From Dehalococcoidia bacterium (GTDB lineage: Bacteria; Chloroflexota; Dehalococcoidia; Bin125), in NCBI GenBank assembly GCA_963663895.2, contig CAXXRD010000001.1, positions 288,001 through 352,000 of the forward strand: a stretch of DNA of 64,000 nucleotides, in the 5' to 3' direction. The notes under the pieces are model-generated. The model had not been told where the DNA came from. It saw only the letters and a program-made list of their open reading frames with translations, and did no database searches. The translations under genes and the position numbers were made by a program. Of this stretch, positions 52,802-62,278 are shown one piece after another (position 1 is the first letter of the stretch; every line of letters starts with the position of its first letter).

Positions 52802-54166
52802 ATGGCCGAACGCCCCTCTCCCCAGCCCCCACCGACCACGCCCGCGTATCCGCGCACGGACTTGCGCCGGCCCACCATCTTCTTCTGGTGGGTTCCTTTC
52901 ACCCTCGCCGCCATCGCCGGTCTCCTGACCTACGCCATCGTCGCCTCCCAAGACAACGTCTATCGCGCGCGCAGTGAGTTCATCGTCCCTCCCAGCAGCC
53001 CCATCGCGCCCGAGGACTACACTCAACTCGCCCGCAGCGAAATCCTCCTTTCCACGATCATCCGCGAACTCCATCTCGACACTACTGCCGACGCCCTCCG
53101 CAACGACGTTCACGCCCGCACCGACGGCACGCTCATCGCCATCGAAGCGGACGCACCCTCTCCCGCCCTCGCCCAACTCCTCGCCATCGGGATCAGCAAC
53201 GCCATCGTCCACAGCGCGCCACTTTCGTTGGACGCTCCCGCCCCCACTCAGCTCGGCCAAGTCGCCGTCCCGCGCGAGCCTCTCCCCAACAACGCCCCGC
53301 TCTACACCGCCAGCGCCGTCGCCGCCGCTCTCGTAATCGGCCTGATCGGCGCCAGCGTCCTCGCCTCCCGTGAGCGTCCCCTCCAACCGGCCGGCGATAT
53401 GCAGTGGCTAGCCAGCCTCCCCACACTCGGATCCATCCCCAGCTCCCGCAACCAGGACAGCCCCACTCTCCTCAGCCAGCCCCACTCGCCAGAGGCCACC
53501 GCCCTCCGCGATCTCCAAACCACGATCGAGGGGCTTCGCACCGCCGAGAGCCTCCGCGCCATCCTCGTCGCCGGCGTCGACGCCCAGGCCGACGCCGACT
53601 CGATCGCCGTCAACCTCGCGCTCGCCTTCGCCGAAACCGGCCGGCGCCTCCTCTTGATCGACGCGAATCTCCATCAGCCCAGCGTCCATCGTCTTCTCCA
53701 GCTCCCCAACCAGCACGGCCTCACCGACGCCCGCTTCTCGAACCTCACCCCGCCCGCACAGGAGATCCCCGGCATACCCCTTCGTGTCATCACCAGCGGC
53801 GTGCTCCCGCCTCACCCCTCCGAGCTACTCGCTACCCCCCGCTTCGCTACCCTCCTCGCCGAGCTTCCCCGCAGCGCCGAGCTCGCCATCCTCGACGCCC
53901 CCGATCTCATCGAGAGCAACGCCGCTGCTGTACTCGCCGGCACCTGCGACGCCATCCTCCTAGTCGCCGACGCCAACCGCACCCATCTCGAAGAGCTCCG
54001 CGCCGCTGGCCAAACCCTACGCGCAGCCGGCAAGCCGATCCTCGGCGTCGTCTGGAGCAACGCGCCTCGTCCCACCAGCGAGCCCACGTCCAACCCTGCT
54101 TCCCTCACCGCGCGGGCATCTCCCGCTACCGCTAACACCTCATCCCATCACACGAGGAGTTCCTGA
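52802..54166 (+). CDS. Wzz/Wzc (CpsC-CpsD)-like chain-length regulator with degenerate kinase domain
   Basis: Two TM helices, LPTLG.IP, VNLA...A..G.R.LLIDA, SG..P..PSELL, ILDAP. Confidence 0.8.
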   Translation: MAERPSPQPPPTTPAYPRTDLRRPTIFFWWVPFTLAAIAGLLTYAIVASQDNVYRARSEFIVPPSSPIAPEDYTQLARSEILLSTIIRELHLDTTADALRNDVHARTDGTLIAIEADAPSPALAQLLAIGISNAIVHSAPLSLDAPAPTQLGQVAVPREPLPNNAPLYTASAVAAALVIGLIGASVLASRERPLQPAGDMQWLASLPTLGSIPSSRNQDSPTLLSQPHSPEATALRDLQTTIEGLRTAESLRAILVAGVDAQADADSIAVNLALAFAETGRRLLLIDANLHQPSVHRLLQLPNQHGLTDARFSNLTPPAQEIPGIPLRVITSGVLPPHPSELLATPRFATLLAELPRSAELAILDAPDLIESNAAAVLAGTCDAILLVADANRTHLEELRAAGQTLRAAGKPILGVVWSNAPRPTSEPTSNPASLTARASPATANTSSHHTRSS

Positions 54167-54169
54167 ACC

Positions 54170-55186
54170 ATGCGCGTTGAAGCCAGGATCGACTGCGACC
54201 TCGCCCAGGTCCCCGCCTACGCCCAGCACGCCGAGCGCCTCGGTTTCGACGCGCTCAACACACACGAAACCCAGCACGATCCCTTCTTCCCCCTCGTGCT
54301 CGCCGCCGAGCACACGCAGCGCATCACGCTGGGCACCAACGTCGCCATCGCCTTCCCCCGCAGCCCCATGATCACCGCCAACATCGGCTACGACCTCCAA
54401 CGTCTCAGCAACGGCCGCTTCCGCCTCGGCCTCGGCCCCCAGGTCAAGGGTCACAACGAGCGCCGCTTCAGCGTCCCCTGGTCCGCGCCCGCCCCCCGCC
54501 TGCGCGAGTACGTCCTGGCCCTCCGCGCCATCTGGAATTGCTGGAACGGCGGCGGCCCCCTCGACTTCCAGGGCCAGCACTACACCTTCACCCTCATGAC
54601 CCCCTTCTTCCGCCCCCCACCCCTCGACCACCCCCACATCCCCGTCTACCTCTCCGCCGTCGGCCCCGGCATGTGCCGCCTCGCCGGCGAGGTCGCCGAC
54701 GGCCTCCGCCTCCATCCCCTTTGCTCCGTGAAGTACCTCAGCGACATCATCCTCCCCAACGTGGAAGCCGGGGCCCGCGACGCCGGTCGCTCCCTCGCCG
54801 ACGTCGATCTCGTCTGCGGCGGCTTCCTCATCCCCGCGGACGACGACCAAGCCATCCGCAGCGGCAAAGCCGCCGTAGCCCAGCGCATCGCCTTCTACGC
54901 CTCCACCCGCACCTACCAGCCGGTCCTCGACATCCACGGCTGGGGGCACCTGACCGCCCAGTTCCACGAACTATCCATCCAAAACCGCTGGCAGGAGATG
55001 CCCGAACTCGTCAGCGACGCCATGCTGGAAGCCTTCACCGCCATCGGCCCGCCCGAGGTCGCCGCCCGCGACGCCATCGCCCGCTACGGCGCCACCTGCT
55101 CCTCCGTCTCCCTGGACATGCCCCCCGGCAGCGCCGAGGATGACGCGACCCTCCGCCGTCTCATCGACACCTTCCACACCGGCTAA
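54170..55186 (+). CDS. TIGR03617-like F420-dependent LLM oxidoreductase
   Basis: ETQHDPF, AFPRSPM, LGLGPQVKGHNERRF, FYASTRTY. Confidence 0.9.
   Translation: MRVEARIDCDLAQVPAYAQHAERLGFDALNTHETQHDPFFPLVLAAEHTQRITLGTNVAIAFPRSPMITANIGYDLQRLSNGRFRLGLGPQVKGHNERRFSVPWSAPAPRLREYVLALRAIWNCWNGGGPLDFQGQHYTFTLMTPFFRPPPLDHPHIPVYLSAVGPGMCRLAGEVADGLRLHPLCSVKYLSDIILPNVEAGARDAGRSLADVDLVCGGFLIPADDDQAIRSGKAAVAQRIAFYASTRTYQPVLDIHGWGHLTAQFHELSIQNRWQEMPELVSDAMLEAFTAIGPPEVAARDAIARYGATCSSVSLDMPPGSAEDDATLRRLIDTFHTG
54341..54812 (+). repeat. Copy 1 of near-identical 472-bp intragenic repeat (copy 2 at 55360-55831)
   Basis: Long runs identical even at third codon positions between the tandem LLM genes. Confidence 0.9.
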
Positions 55187-55191
55187 CCCCA

Positions 55192-56214
55192 ATGCGCGTC
55201 GAAACTCGACTCACCGGCCTCACCGATCTCCCCGCCAAGGCACGCCACGCCCAAACGCTCGGTTACGATGGCCTCGCCACCCAAGAGACCGCCCACGACC
55301 CCTTCTTCCCCCTCCTCCTCGCCGCCGAGCGCGCTCCCACCCTCACGCTCGCCACGAGCGTCGCCATCGCCTTCCCCCGCAGCCCCATGATCACGGCCCA
55401 ACTCAGCTACGACCTGCAACGCTTCAGCAACGGCCGCTTCCGCCTCGGCCTCGGCCCCCAGGTCAAGGGCCACAACGAGCGCCGCTTCAGCGTCCCCTGG
55501 TCCGCCCCCGTTCCCCGCCTGCGCGAGTACGTCCAGGCCCTCCGCGCCATCTGGGACTGCTGGAACGGCGGCGGCCCCCTCAACTTCCAGGGCCAGCACT
55601 ACACCTTCACCCTCATGACCCCCTTCTTCCGCCCCCCGCCCATCGCCCACCCCCACATCCCCGTCTACCTCTCCGCCGTCGGCCCCGGCATGTGCCGCCT
55701 CGCCGGCGAGGTCGCCGACGGCCTCCGCCTCCACTCCCTCTGCTCGGCCAAGTACCTCAGCGGCGTCATCCTCCCCAACCTGGAGGCCGGGGCCCGCCGC
55801 GCCGGCCGCTCCCTCGCCGACGTCGATCTCGCCGCCAGTGCCCGCGTCATCGTCGCCACCGACGACGCAACCGTTCGCCGTGGGAAGGCCGAACTCGCCC
55901 GCCTCATCGCCTTCTACGGATCCACCCAGATCTACCAACAGGTCCTCGGCCTGCACGGCTGGGGCAACCTCCAGCGCCAGCTCCACGACCTCTCCGCCGC
56001 CGACCGCTGGGACGAGATGCCCAACCTCATCAGTGACGCAATGATCGAGACCTTCGGCGTCGTCGGCCCGCCAGACGCGATCGCTCCCAAACTGCGCGAG
56101 CGATTCGGTCCCTGCTCCACCGTCCTCCTCTCCATCCCCGACGGCTCCAACCCCGGAGACACCCCCGCCGACGAAGCCAACGCCCGCGCGATCCTGTCGG
56201 CACTTCGCGGGTAG
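55192..56214 (+). CDS. TIGR03617-like F420-dependent LLM oxidoreductase, tandem paralog
   Basis: Same motifs as 54170..55186. Confidence 0.9.
   Translation: MRVETRLTGLTDLPAKARHAQTLGYDGLATQETAHDPFFPLLLAAERAPTLTLATSVAIAFPRSPMITAQLSYDLQRFSNGRFRLGLGPQVKGHNERRFSVPWSAPVPRLREYVQALRAIWDCWNGGGPLNFQGQHYTFTLMTPFFRPPPIAHPHIPVYLSAVGPGMCRLAGEVADGLRLHSLCSAKYLSGVILPNLEAGARRAGRSLADVDLAASARVIVATDDATVRRGKAELARLIAFYGSTQIYQQVLGLHGWGNLQRQLHDLSAADRWDEMPNLISDAMIETFGVVGPPDAIAPKLRERFGPCSTVLLSIPDGSNPGDTPADEANARAILSALRG
55360..55831 (+). repeat. Copy 2 of near-identical 472-bp intragenic repeat
   Basis: See copy 1. Confidence 0.9.
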
Positions 56215-56217
56215 CAG

Positions 56218-57194
56218 CTAAGCGTCGGCATGCTCTGGTAGCCCAACTGCGGCACGAAACTGCGACAAGAAAGCATCCCAAGAGTCACCCTTCTGCCGAA
56301 TCACATGGCCAACATCAAAGAAACGATCGGTGGAAGGCGTTTCACTGGTCAACTGGTCAACTCGTCAAGCGCGAACCGTCCTGGATGGATCAGCGTCCAT
56401 CGCTCACGAAAGTCTGAACATTTCAGATGCGATTTCTCAGCCTCACCCAGACAGTTATGGAGGTTCGACACATCCGTACCTCCTTTCACCTCTATAGCGA
56501 TTCGTGACTCGAAACTGTCGCCCACTTGCTCGAGAACCGCGACATCCGGATCGCTCCCAAGCTTGACCAAAACATCACGCTCAGCCGGGTTCTTGAGGCG
56601 GATTTCGCTTCCAGTCTTGACCTGCAAGAAATCAGCGAGCGCCTCTCCAATAGCCTGAAATACGCCCTGGACCGCAACCGCACCAATCTGATTATTGTGG
56701 CTGCCATACAGGGTTGATCCGAGCGTCAAAAGCGTGAGATCAGACAAGTCACGAGCCGTGAAGCTGTCGAGGGTAGCGACAAGTGCGCTGGCAGCTGCGG
56801 CGAACGCTCGACACAACTCCGGAAGTTCTGCCGCCTGATCACTCGAAAGAACGCCTTTCCGTTCCGCAGAGGCGAACCGGCCATAGCCGTACATCTGACT
56901 GAAAGCCTTCTGTGACACGCCGATCAACATCCGGTAATACCCGATGAGTGAAGGTTTCGCCTCGATAACCGCAGGAACCGGAAAGATGAGTTCTCCGCGC
57001 AACCCTAGACTCGCGAGCTTGGTCAAACTTTCCGAAGGTGCATACTCATCGAGTTCATCGTTCAACGTTTCCACTCCGACTCGCTCAACAGCTTCCCTCA
57101 GAGCAGGCTGAAGATTCTGCTTGCGGGCCAGAAGAATTCCGTCGAACAAATCGATCGCCCGAGCAGGTGACAGGGGAGCAGTCTCTGATGCCAT
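56218..57194 (-). pseudogene. XcyI-family type II restriction endonuclease, frameshifted by an 8-bp duplication
   Basis: GLRGELIFPVP, GYYRML, DPDV, IEVKGGTDVSNLHN.LGEAEKSH; removing one ACTGGTCA (56344-56359) restores a 322-aa frame ending at 56218. Confidence 0.82.
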
Positions 57195-57206
57195 CGCGCG
57201 GTAACT

Positions 57207-58085
57207 CTAGCTGAAGAGCACCGACTGAACTTCTTCTCTAATTCGGCACTCAATGAGAGGCAAATAATCAATGGAGAGTTCTACACCGATAAAGCGTCTC
57301 CGTTCTTGGAGTGCGACCACACCAACTGTGCCGGACCCTATGAAAGGATCTAAAACAAAGTCTCCCTCGTTCGTCGTGAGGCGTAAGCATTGCTCGACAA
57401 GCCCTGTCGGAAACGTTGCGAAGTGCGCACCTCGGAATGGGACGGTCGGAATCTCCCAGACAGTCCGTAAATTCCTTCCGTTAGGACCCTTCATAGCTTC
57501 GTGGTTGTACAAGTAGCGCTCATTCTTACTGAAGAGAAAGAGGTACTCATGCGAGCGAGTGGGCCGGTCTTTGACTGACTCAGGCATACAGTTCGGCTTG
57601 TACCAAATCACGTCAGCACGAAGGTACCAACCGGCCTGTTGCACGGCGAGCGCTAGCTTCCATGGAATACCAATCAGATCCTTGGGTTTCAGACCATCAG
57701 GCGTGGGTGGACGATATCTCATCGCACGAACAGGATTCTTTTTATCGGGAGCGCGCCACCCCCGGTCGCCAGATGTATACGAGTCTCCAATGTTTAACCA
57801 CAGAGTCCCATCGGAGCGCGTGACCCGTCGCACTTCTTCAAGCACAGAGACCACGTTTGCGATGTAGTCATCTGGGTCGTCCTCTGCGCCGATCTGATCC
57901 TTCGCCTTGTAGTCCCGCAGGCCCCAATAAGGCGGAGAGGTGACCGTGCTTTGCACGACTTCGCACGGCACAGTCTTCAGCACTTCCCTCGCGTCACCCA
58001 CGAACACCGCCGATTCACCGGATGCGACAAGTTCAGCAACCGGCCACGCTCCATTCCCGTTGCTCCTGAAGTGCACCTGCGTCAC
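57207..58085 (-). CDS. Site-specific N4-cytosine DNA methyltransferase (beta class)
   Basis: TSPPYWGLRDY, HFATFP, VLDPFIGSGT; SD GGGAGG. Confidence 0.92.
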   Translation of the reverse strand: MTQVHFRSNGNGAWPVAELVASGESAVFVGDAREVLKTVPCEVVQSTVTSPPYWGLRDYKAKDQIGAEDDPDDYIANVVSVLEEVRRVTRSDGTLWLNIGDSYTSGDRGWRAPDKKNPVRAMRYRPPTPDGLKPKDLIGIPWKLALAVQQAGWYLRADVIWYKPNCMPESVKDRPTRSHEYLFLFSKNERYLYNHEAMKGPNGRNLRTVWEIPTVPFRGAHFATFPTGLVEQCLRLTTNEGDFVLDPFIGSGTVGVVALQERRRFIGVELSIDYLPLIECRIREEVQSVLFS

Positions 58086-58109
58086 GGCGAACCTCCCAGC
58101 GCTTCTGCC

Positions 58110-58138
58110 AAGCTAAGTACATATGTTCTCTTCGTCAA
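58110..58138 (-). promoter_or_regulatory. MTase promoter TTGACG-N17-TAGCTT containing LexA-like box AGAAC-ATAT-GTACT
   Basis: -35 at 58138-58133, -10 at 58115-58110; near-palindrome at 58116-58129. Confidence 0.6.
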
Positions 58139-58236
58139 ACATAGTCCCCCTGCCGCTACGACCGCCCGCACACCAGCTTGTCCTCAACTACGGCGATTCG
58201 CGTCCGTTCCTGCGGGGGACGCTAGCATGCAACCCC

Positions 58237-60024
58237 ATGACCGACTCAGACTCCGCCACACTCGTTGCCGCGGCCCGTGCAGGCGTCGCCGATGGCGACG
58301 CCGCCGGCGACCCTCCGGCAAGCTGGCACGGCCGCGCCCGGGTCCGCATCTGGCAGCAGGGCTGGATCATCGGCGAAGGCGAAGCCGCCGATCCCGATGC
58401 GCGGACCGCCGTCCGCGCCGCCGCCGCTCGCGCCGCCGCCGACCGGCAACCCGCCGAGCAAGAAGCGCCGTCCCCCGAGGCACCCGCTTCCCAATTCCAC
58501 AACGAATTCGAAGAGCCGCCCGCCGCGGAGCAATCGCCGCCCACACCCCCCGCCTTCCTCGAGATCGAAACCGCCGGCGCCATCGAGACGATCAACCCGC
58601 AAGGGCTCTCCGGGCTTCTGCAGAGCGTCCGCACCCCCTGCGACGGCCTCATTCTCTCCCACGACGGACGGCCCAGCGGCGGCTGGCCCAGCGATCCCCT
58701 GCACGCCGGCGAGCCCACGCCGTACTGGATCAAGGGTCTCCTCAAGCAAGCCCGCCCGCCCGGCTATTGGCTTCCCGCATCCGTGACCGTCCAGCGCTTC
58801 ACCGCCAACCGCCTGCTCGCCCTGCTCGAACCACCCGCCGCCGCGAACGGCGACCCGCCACCCGGTCGCATCGCCGAACTCCACGGCGACACGCGCCTCG
58901 TCGCGCAAGAAGAAGTCACCCACGACCGCCTGCTCGCCGCCGCCCTGCAAGCCGGCGCCTGGCTCGGCCGGCACCAGCGCCCCAACGGCCTCTTTCGCTA
59001 CGAGTTCGTCCCCCAACGCGACCAGTGGTCTCCCGCCGACTCCATCGTCCGCCAAGCCGGCTGCGCTTGGAGCATGGCCAAGCTCGCCCGCGCCACCCGC
59101 CAGAAGCCCTTCGTCGCCGCGGCCGCCCGTGCCATTACCGGCCTTCTCCAGACCGGGCTCCGGCGCGACGGCCCCGGCAGCCTCGCCACCCTCGCGGACG
59201 GAGATGGTCACCGCCGCGTGGGCGCCATCCCTCTCACCCTCCTCGCCCTCGCCGAAATCGAGGGGCGCGCCCAGGGCCCCATCTCTCCCACGGAGGACCT
59301 CACCGCCACCTTGCTCGCCCTCCAAGACCGCAGCGGCGCCTTTACCCAGAGCGCCCGCGGCGCCGACCTGGAGGGCAGTGAAACTTACTATGCCGGACAG
59401 TGCACTCTCGCCCTCGCCCACCGCTATCTCACCACCAAGCGTGATCGTCTCGCCGACGCCGTCCGCGCCGCCCTCAATCACTACCGCGATTGGTGGGCAC
59501 AGGACACCAACAAAGACCTCGCCTTCCCTGCCTGGATGATCCAGGCCTGCGAGCTCGCGGACGCCATTCCCGCCACTGCCGGCGCCGCCGATTTCGCCTA
59601 CGACATGGCCGACTGGACCCTCGATCGGCAGTACCTGTCCGCCCACCCCATCCCCGCCTGGGCCGGGGGCTTTGAAGGCGGTCCCGGCGTCGGAACCGCC
59701 GCCTACGCGGAAGGCATCGCCGCCGCCTTGGCACTCGCCCGCCGCCGCGGCGACATCGACCGCGCCACCCGCTACCGGGCTGCCCTGCTCCAAGCCCAAC
59801 GCTTCCTGCTCCAACTGCAACTCGGCGCCGCCGATCTTGTCTTCATTCGCAGCCCCGGCCACCACGGCGCCGTCCGGCGCTCCCTCCGCCATCGCGCTCT
59901 CCGTTGCGACAATGCCCAGCATCTCATCATGGCCGCGCTCCGCACCGCTTCCCTCCTCGAACAAGAGCAGCGTCAAGCCCAAGCCGCCGAAGCCGATCCG
60001 GCATCCGCAGCCCAATCCGACTGA
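58237..60024 (+). CDS. Hypothetical protein: degenerate AMMECR1-like N-terminus plus (alpha/alpha)-barrel-like C-terminus
   Basis: DGLIL...G...G.P; QRPNGLFRYEF, RQAG, YYAGQ..LAL, LRCDNAQH; backbone-like codon usage. Confidence 0.6.
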   Translation: MTDSDSATLVAAARAGVADGDAAGDPPASWHGRARVRIWQQGWIIGEGEAADPDARTAVRAAAARAAADRQPAEQEAPSPEAPASQFHNEFEEPPAAEQSPPTPPAFLEIETAGAIETINPQGLSGLLQSVRTPCDGLILSHDGRPSGGWPSDPLHAGEPTPYWIKGLLKQARPPGYWLPASVTVQRFTANRLLALLEPPAAANGDPPPGRIAELHGDTRLVAQEEVTHDRLLAAALQAGAWLGRHQRPNGLFRYEFVPQRDQWSPADSIVRQAGCAWSMAKLARATRQKPFVAAAARAITGLLQTGLRRDGPGSLATLADGDGHRRVGAIPLTLLALAEIEGRAQGPISPTEDLTATLLALQDRSGAFTQSARGADLEGSETYYAGQCTLALAHRYLTTKRDRLADAVRAALNHYRDWWAQDTNKDLAFPAWMIQACELADAIPATAGAADFAYDMADWTLDRQYLSAHPIPAWAGGFEGGPGVGTAAYAEGIAAALALARRRGDIDRATRYRAALLQAQRFLLQLQLGAADLVFIRSPGHHGAVRRSLRHRALRCDNAQHLIMAALRTASLLEQEQRQAQAAEADPASAAQSD

Positions 60025-61061
60025 TGCGCGCCGTCCGCGTTACCGCCAACCAGTGCCTCGCCGTCCAAGACATCGACCTCCACCCAGAACCCGGCGAGGT
60101 CCTCCTCGCTGTCCGCGACTGCGGCATCTGCGGCACGGACCTCCACGCCCTCCGCTACCCGGAAACCTTCAATACCCAACCCGGCACCATCCTCGGCCAC
60201 GAGTTCTCCGGCGTCGTCGCCGAAGTCACCCGCGACGCCGGCCCCTGGCGTCCCGGTGATCGCGTCGTCTCCATTCCCGCCATGACCTGCGGCGCCTGTC
60301 CCGAATGCACCGCCGGCTACGACTGGCGCTGCGTCCGATCCCTGGGCCACGGCCTCAACCACGCCGCCATTCCCGGCGCTTTCGCCGAGTACGTACGCGT
60401 CAGTCCGCACGCCCTCTTCTCCATCCCCGACACGCTCTCCGACCGGCACGCCGCCCTCACCGAGCCCCTCGCCGTCGCGCTGCACAGCCTTAACCGCGTG
60501 CGGCTCGCCCCCGGCGAACCCTGCATCATCATGGGCGCCGGCCCCATCGGCCTCTTCACGCTCGTCTGGGCCAAGCTGCGCGCCGCCCATCCCATCGTCG
60601 TCTCCGACCCCGCGCCCGCCCGACGCAATCTCGCCCAAGCGCTCGGCGCCGACGCCGCCCTTGACCCAAACCAAGCCGACCCGACCGCTACCCTGCGCGA
60701 ACTCGCCCATGGCGCCTGGCCGGCCGTCGTCTTCGAATGCGTCGGCACGCCTCCCGCCCTGCAAGAAGCGATGCGCCTCACCGGCCGCAACGGCCGCGTC
60801 GCCGTCACCGGCGTCTGTCTGCAGCCCTACCAGCTCCAGCCCATGACCGCTCACGGCCGCGAACTCGAAATCCACTACGTGTTCGCCTACACCCGCGCTG
60901 AATTTCAGGAGGCGCTCGCCACGCTCGCGCGCGGCGCCATCCCCGCCGATCAGCTCATTAGCGACATCATCACCCTTGACGAAGTCCCCGCCATGTTCAC
61001 CGCCCTCGCGCAGCCCAGCACGCAAGTCAAGGTCCTCGTCGAGCCTCGGCTTACGCGCTAG
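60024..61061 (+). CDS. Zinc-dependent alcohol dehydrogenase (MDR family)
   Basis: CGICGTD, GHEFSG, CGACPEC, GAGPIG; TGATG coupling. Confidence 0.92.
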   Translation: MRAVRVTANQCLAVQDIDLHPEPGEVLLAVRDCGICGTDLHALRYPETFNTQPGTILGHEFSGVVAEVTRDAGPWRPGDRVVSIPAMTCGACPECTAGYDWRCVRSLGHGLNHAAIPGAFAEYVRVSPHALFSIPDTLSDRHAALTEPLAVALHSLNRVRLAPGEPCIIMGAGPIGLFTLVWAKLRAAHPIVVSDPAPARRNLAQALGADAALDPNQADPTATLRELAHGAWPAVVFECVGTPPALQEAMRLTGRNGRVAVTGVCLQPYQLQPMTAHGRELEIHYVFAYTRAEFQEALATLARGAIPADQLISDIITLDEVPAMFTALAQPSTQVKVLVEPRLTR

Positions 61062-61195
61062 CACGGGCGGTCACGCGCGAGCGGCTCCTAATACTCCACC
61101 TCCCCATCCTCGCCCCGCGCGCGGACTATCATAGGGATAGATGCTTCGGGGACGAGCTGCGCAGAGCCCTCCGGAAAGAAGCGCAGAGGGAACGC

Positions 61196-62278
61196 ATGAC
61201 GACCGCCCAGCAGCCACAGCCCCCCACCGCTTCCACCGGACCCGCCCGCACCGAGCACGCGGATGAAACCCATTCCAGCCCCGGCCTCACGAACGAGGAG
61301 CTCATCAGGCGCTGGTACCAGATGGTGCTCGCGCGCAAGATCGGCGAGCGCTGGTTCGTCCTCAATCGCCAAGGCAAAGCTCCCTTCGTCATCACCGGCC
61401 AAGGCCACGAAGCGACCCAAGTCGGTACCGTCGCGGCCCTCTCCGCCGGCAAGGACTGGGTCGTTCCCTACTATCGCGACCTTGGCGTTGCCCTCGCCCT
61501 CGGCATGACCCCCAGCGAACTCATGCTCAACGTCTTCGCGAAAGCCGACGACCCCAACAGCGGCGGACGCCAGATGCCCGCCCACTGGAGCCATAAGCGC
61601 CTCCGCATGGTCTCCGGCTCCAGCGTCGTCGGCACGCAGCTCCCCATCGCCGCCGGCCTCGCCTGGGCCGCCAAGCTGCAGGGGCACGACGCCGTCGCCG
61701 TCACCTACCTCGGCGAGGGCTCCACCAACCAAGGCGAGTTCCACGAGGGTCTCAACTTCGCCGCCGTCCAGCGTCTCCCGCTCGTCGTCGTCGTCGAGAA
61801 CAACGGCTACGCCATCACCGAGATCCAAACGAAAGAGATGGCCATCACGGATGTCGCCGACCGGGCCCAGGCCTACGGCGTCCGCGGCGCCGTCGTCGAC
61901 GGGAACGATCTGATCGAGGTCCACCGCGCCATGCAAATCGCCGTGCAGGCAGCCCGCCGCGGCCACGGCCCTACCCTACTCGAAGCGAAAACCTACCGTA
62001 CCGTTCCGCACTCCTCCGACGATGACGACCGCCGCTATCGCACCCGTGAAGAGCTCGACCTCTGGCGCGCGCGCGATCCCATCGACCGCCTTCGCAAGCA
62101 CCTCCTCGAAGCCCGCATCCTCACCTCCGAGCAGGCCGATGAACTCATCGCCAAGGCCACCGAAGAGCTCCGCGGCGCTGAAGCCTTCGCCGCCGCCGCT
62201 CCAGACCCGGACCCCACCTCCCTGGCCACCCACCTGTACGCGGACTCCACCACCCTGCCCACCTCAAGCCCCCCGTGA
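61196..62278 (+). CDS. 2-oxoacid dehydrogenase E1 alpha (branched-chain type likely)
   Basis: GQGHEA, PYYRD, DPNSGGRQMP.H, GEG, NNGYAI, HSSDDD. Confidence 0.93.
   Translation: MTTAQQPQPPTASTGPARTEHADETHSSPGLTNEELIRRWYQMVLARKIGERWFVLNRQGKAPFVITGQGHEATQVGTVAALSAGKDWVVPYYRDLGVALALGMTPSELMLNVFAKADDPNSGGRQMPAHWSHKRLRMVSGSSVVGTQLPIAAGLAWAAKLQGHDAVAVTYLGEGSTNQGEFHEGLNFAAVQRLPLVVVVENNGYAITEIQTKEMAITDVADRAQAYGVRGAVVDGNDLIEVHRAMQIAVQAARRGHGPTLLEAKTYRTVPHSSDDDDRRYRTREELDLWRARDPIDRLRKHLLEARILTSEQADELIAKATEELRGAEAFAAAAPDPDPTSLATHLYADSTTLPTSSPP

Noticed and set aside
56216-58117. AGCTAAG direct repeat flanking the RM module as a target-site duplication (shares CTAAG with the 35.3-36.8 kb insert)
   Set aside because: The left copy is the endonuclease's Ala-stop. 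The right copy is the -10 of the MTase promoter, whose -35 lies outside it, so it is probably not the junction. Worth revisiting only if an empty site is found.
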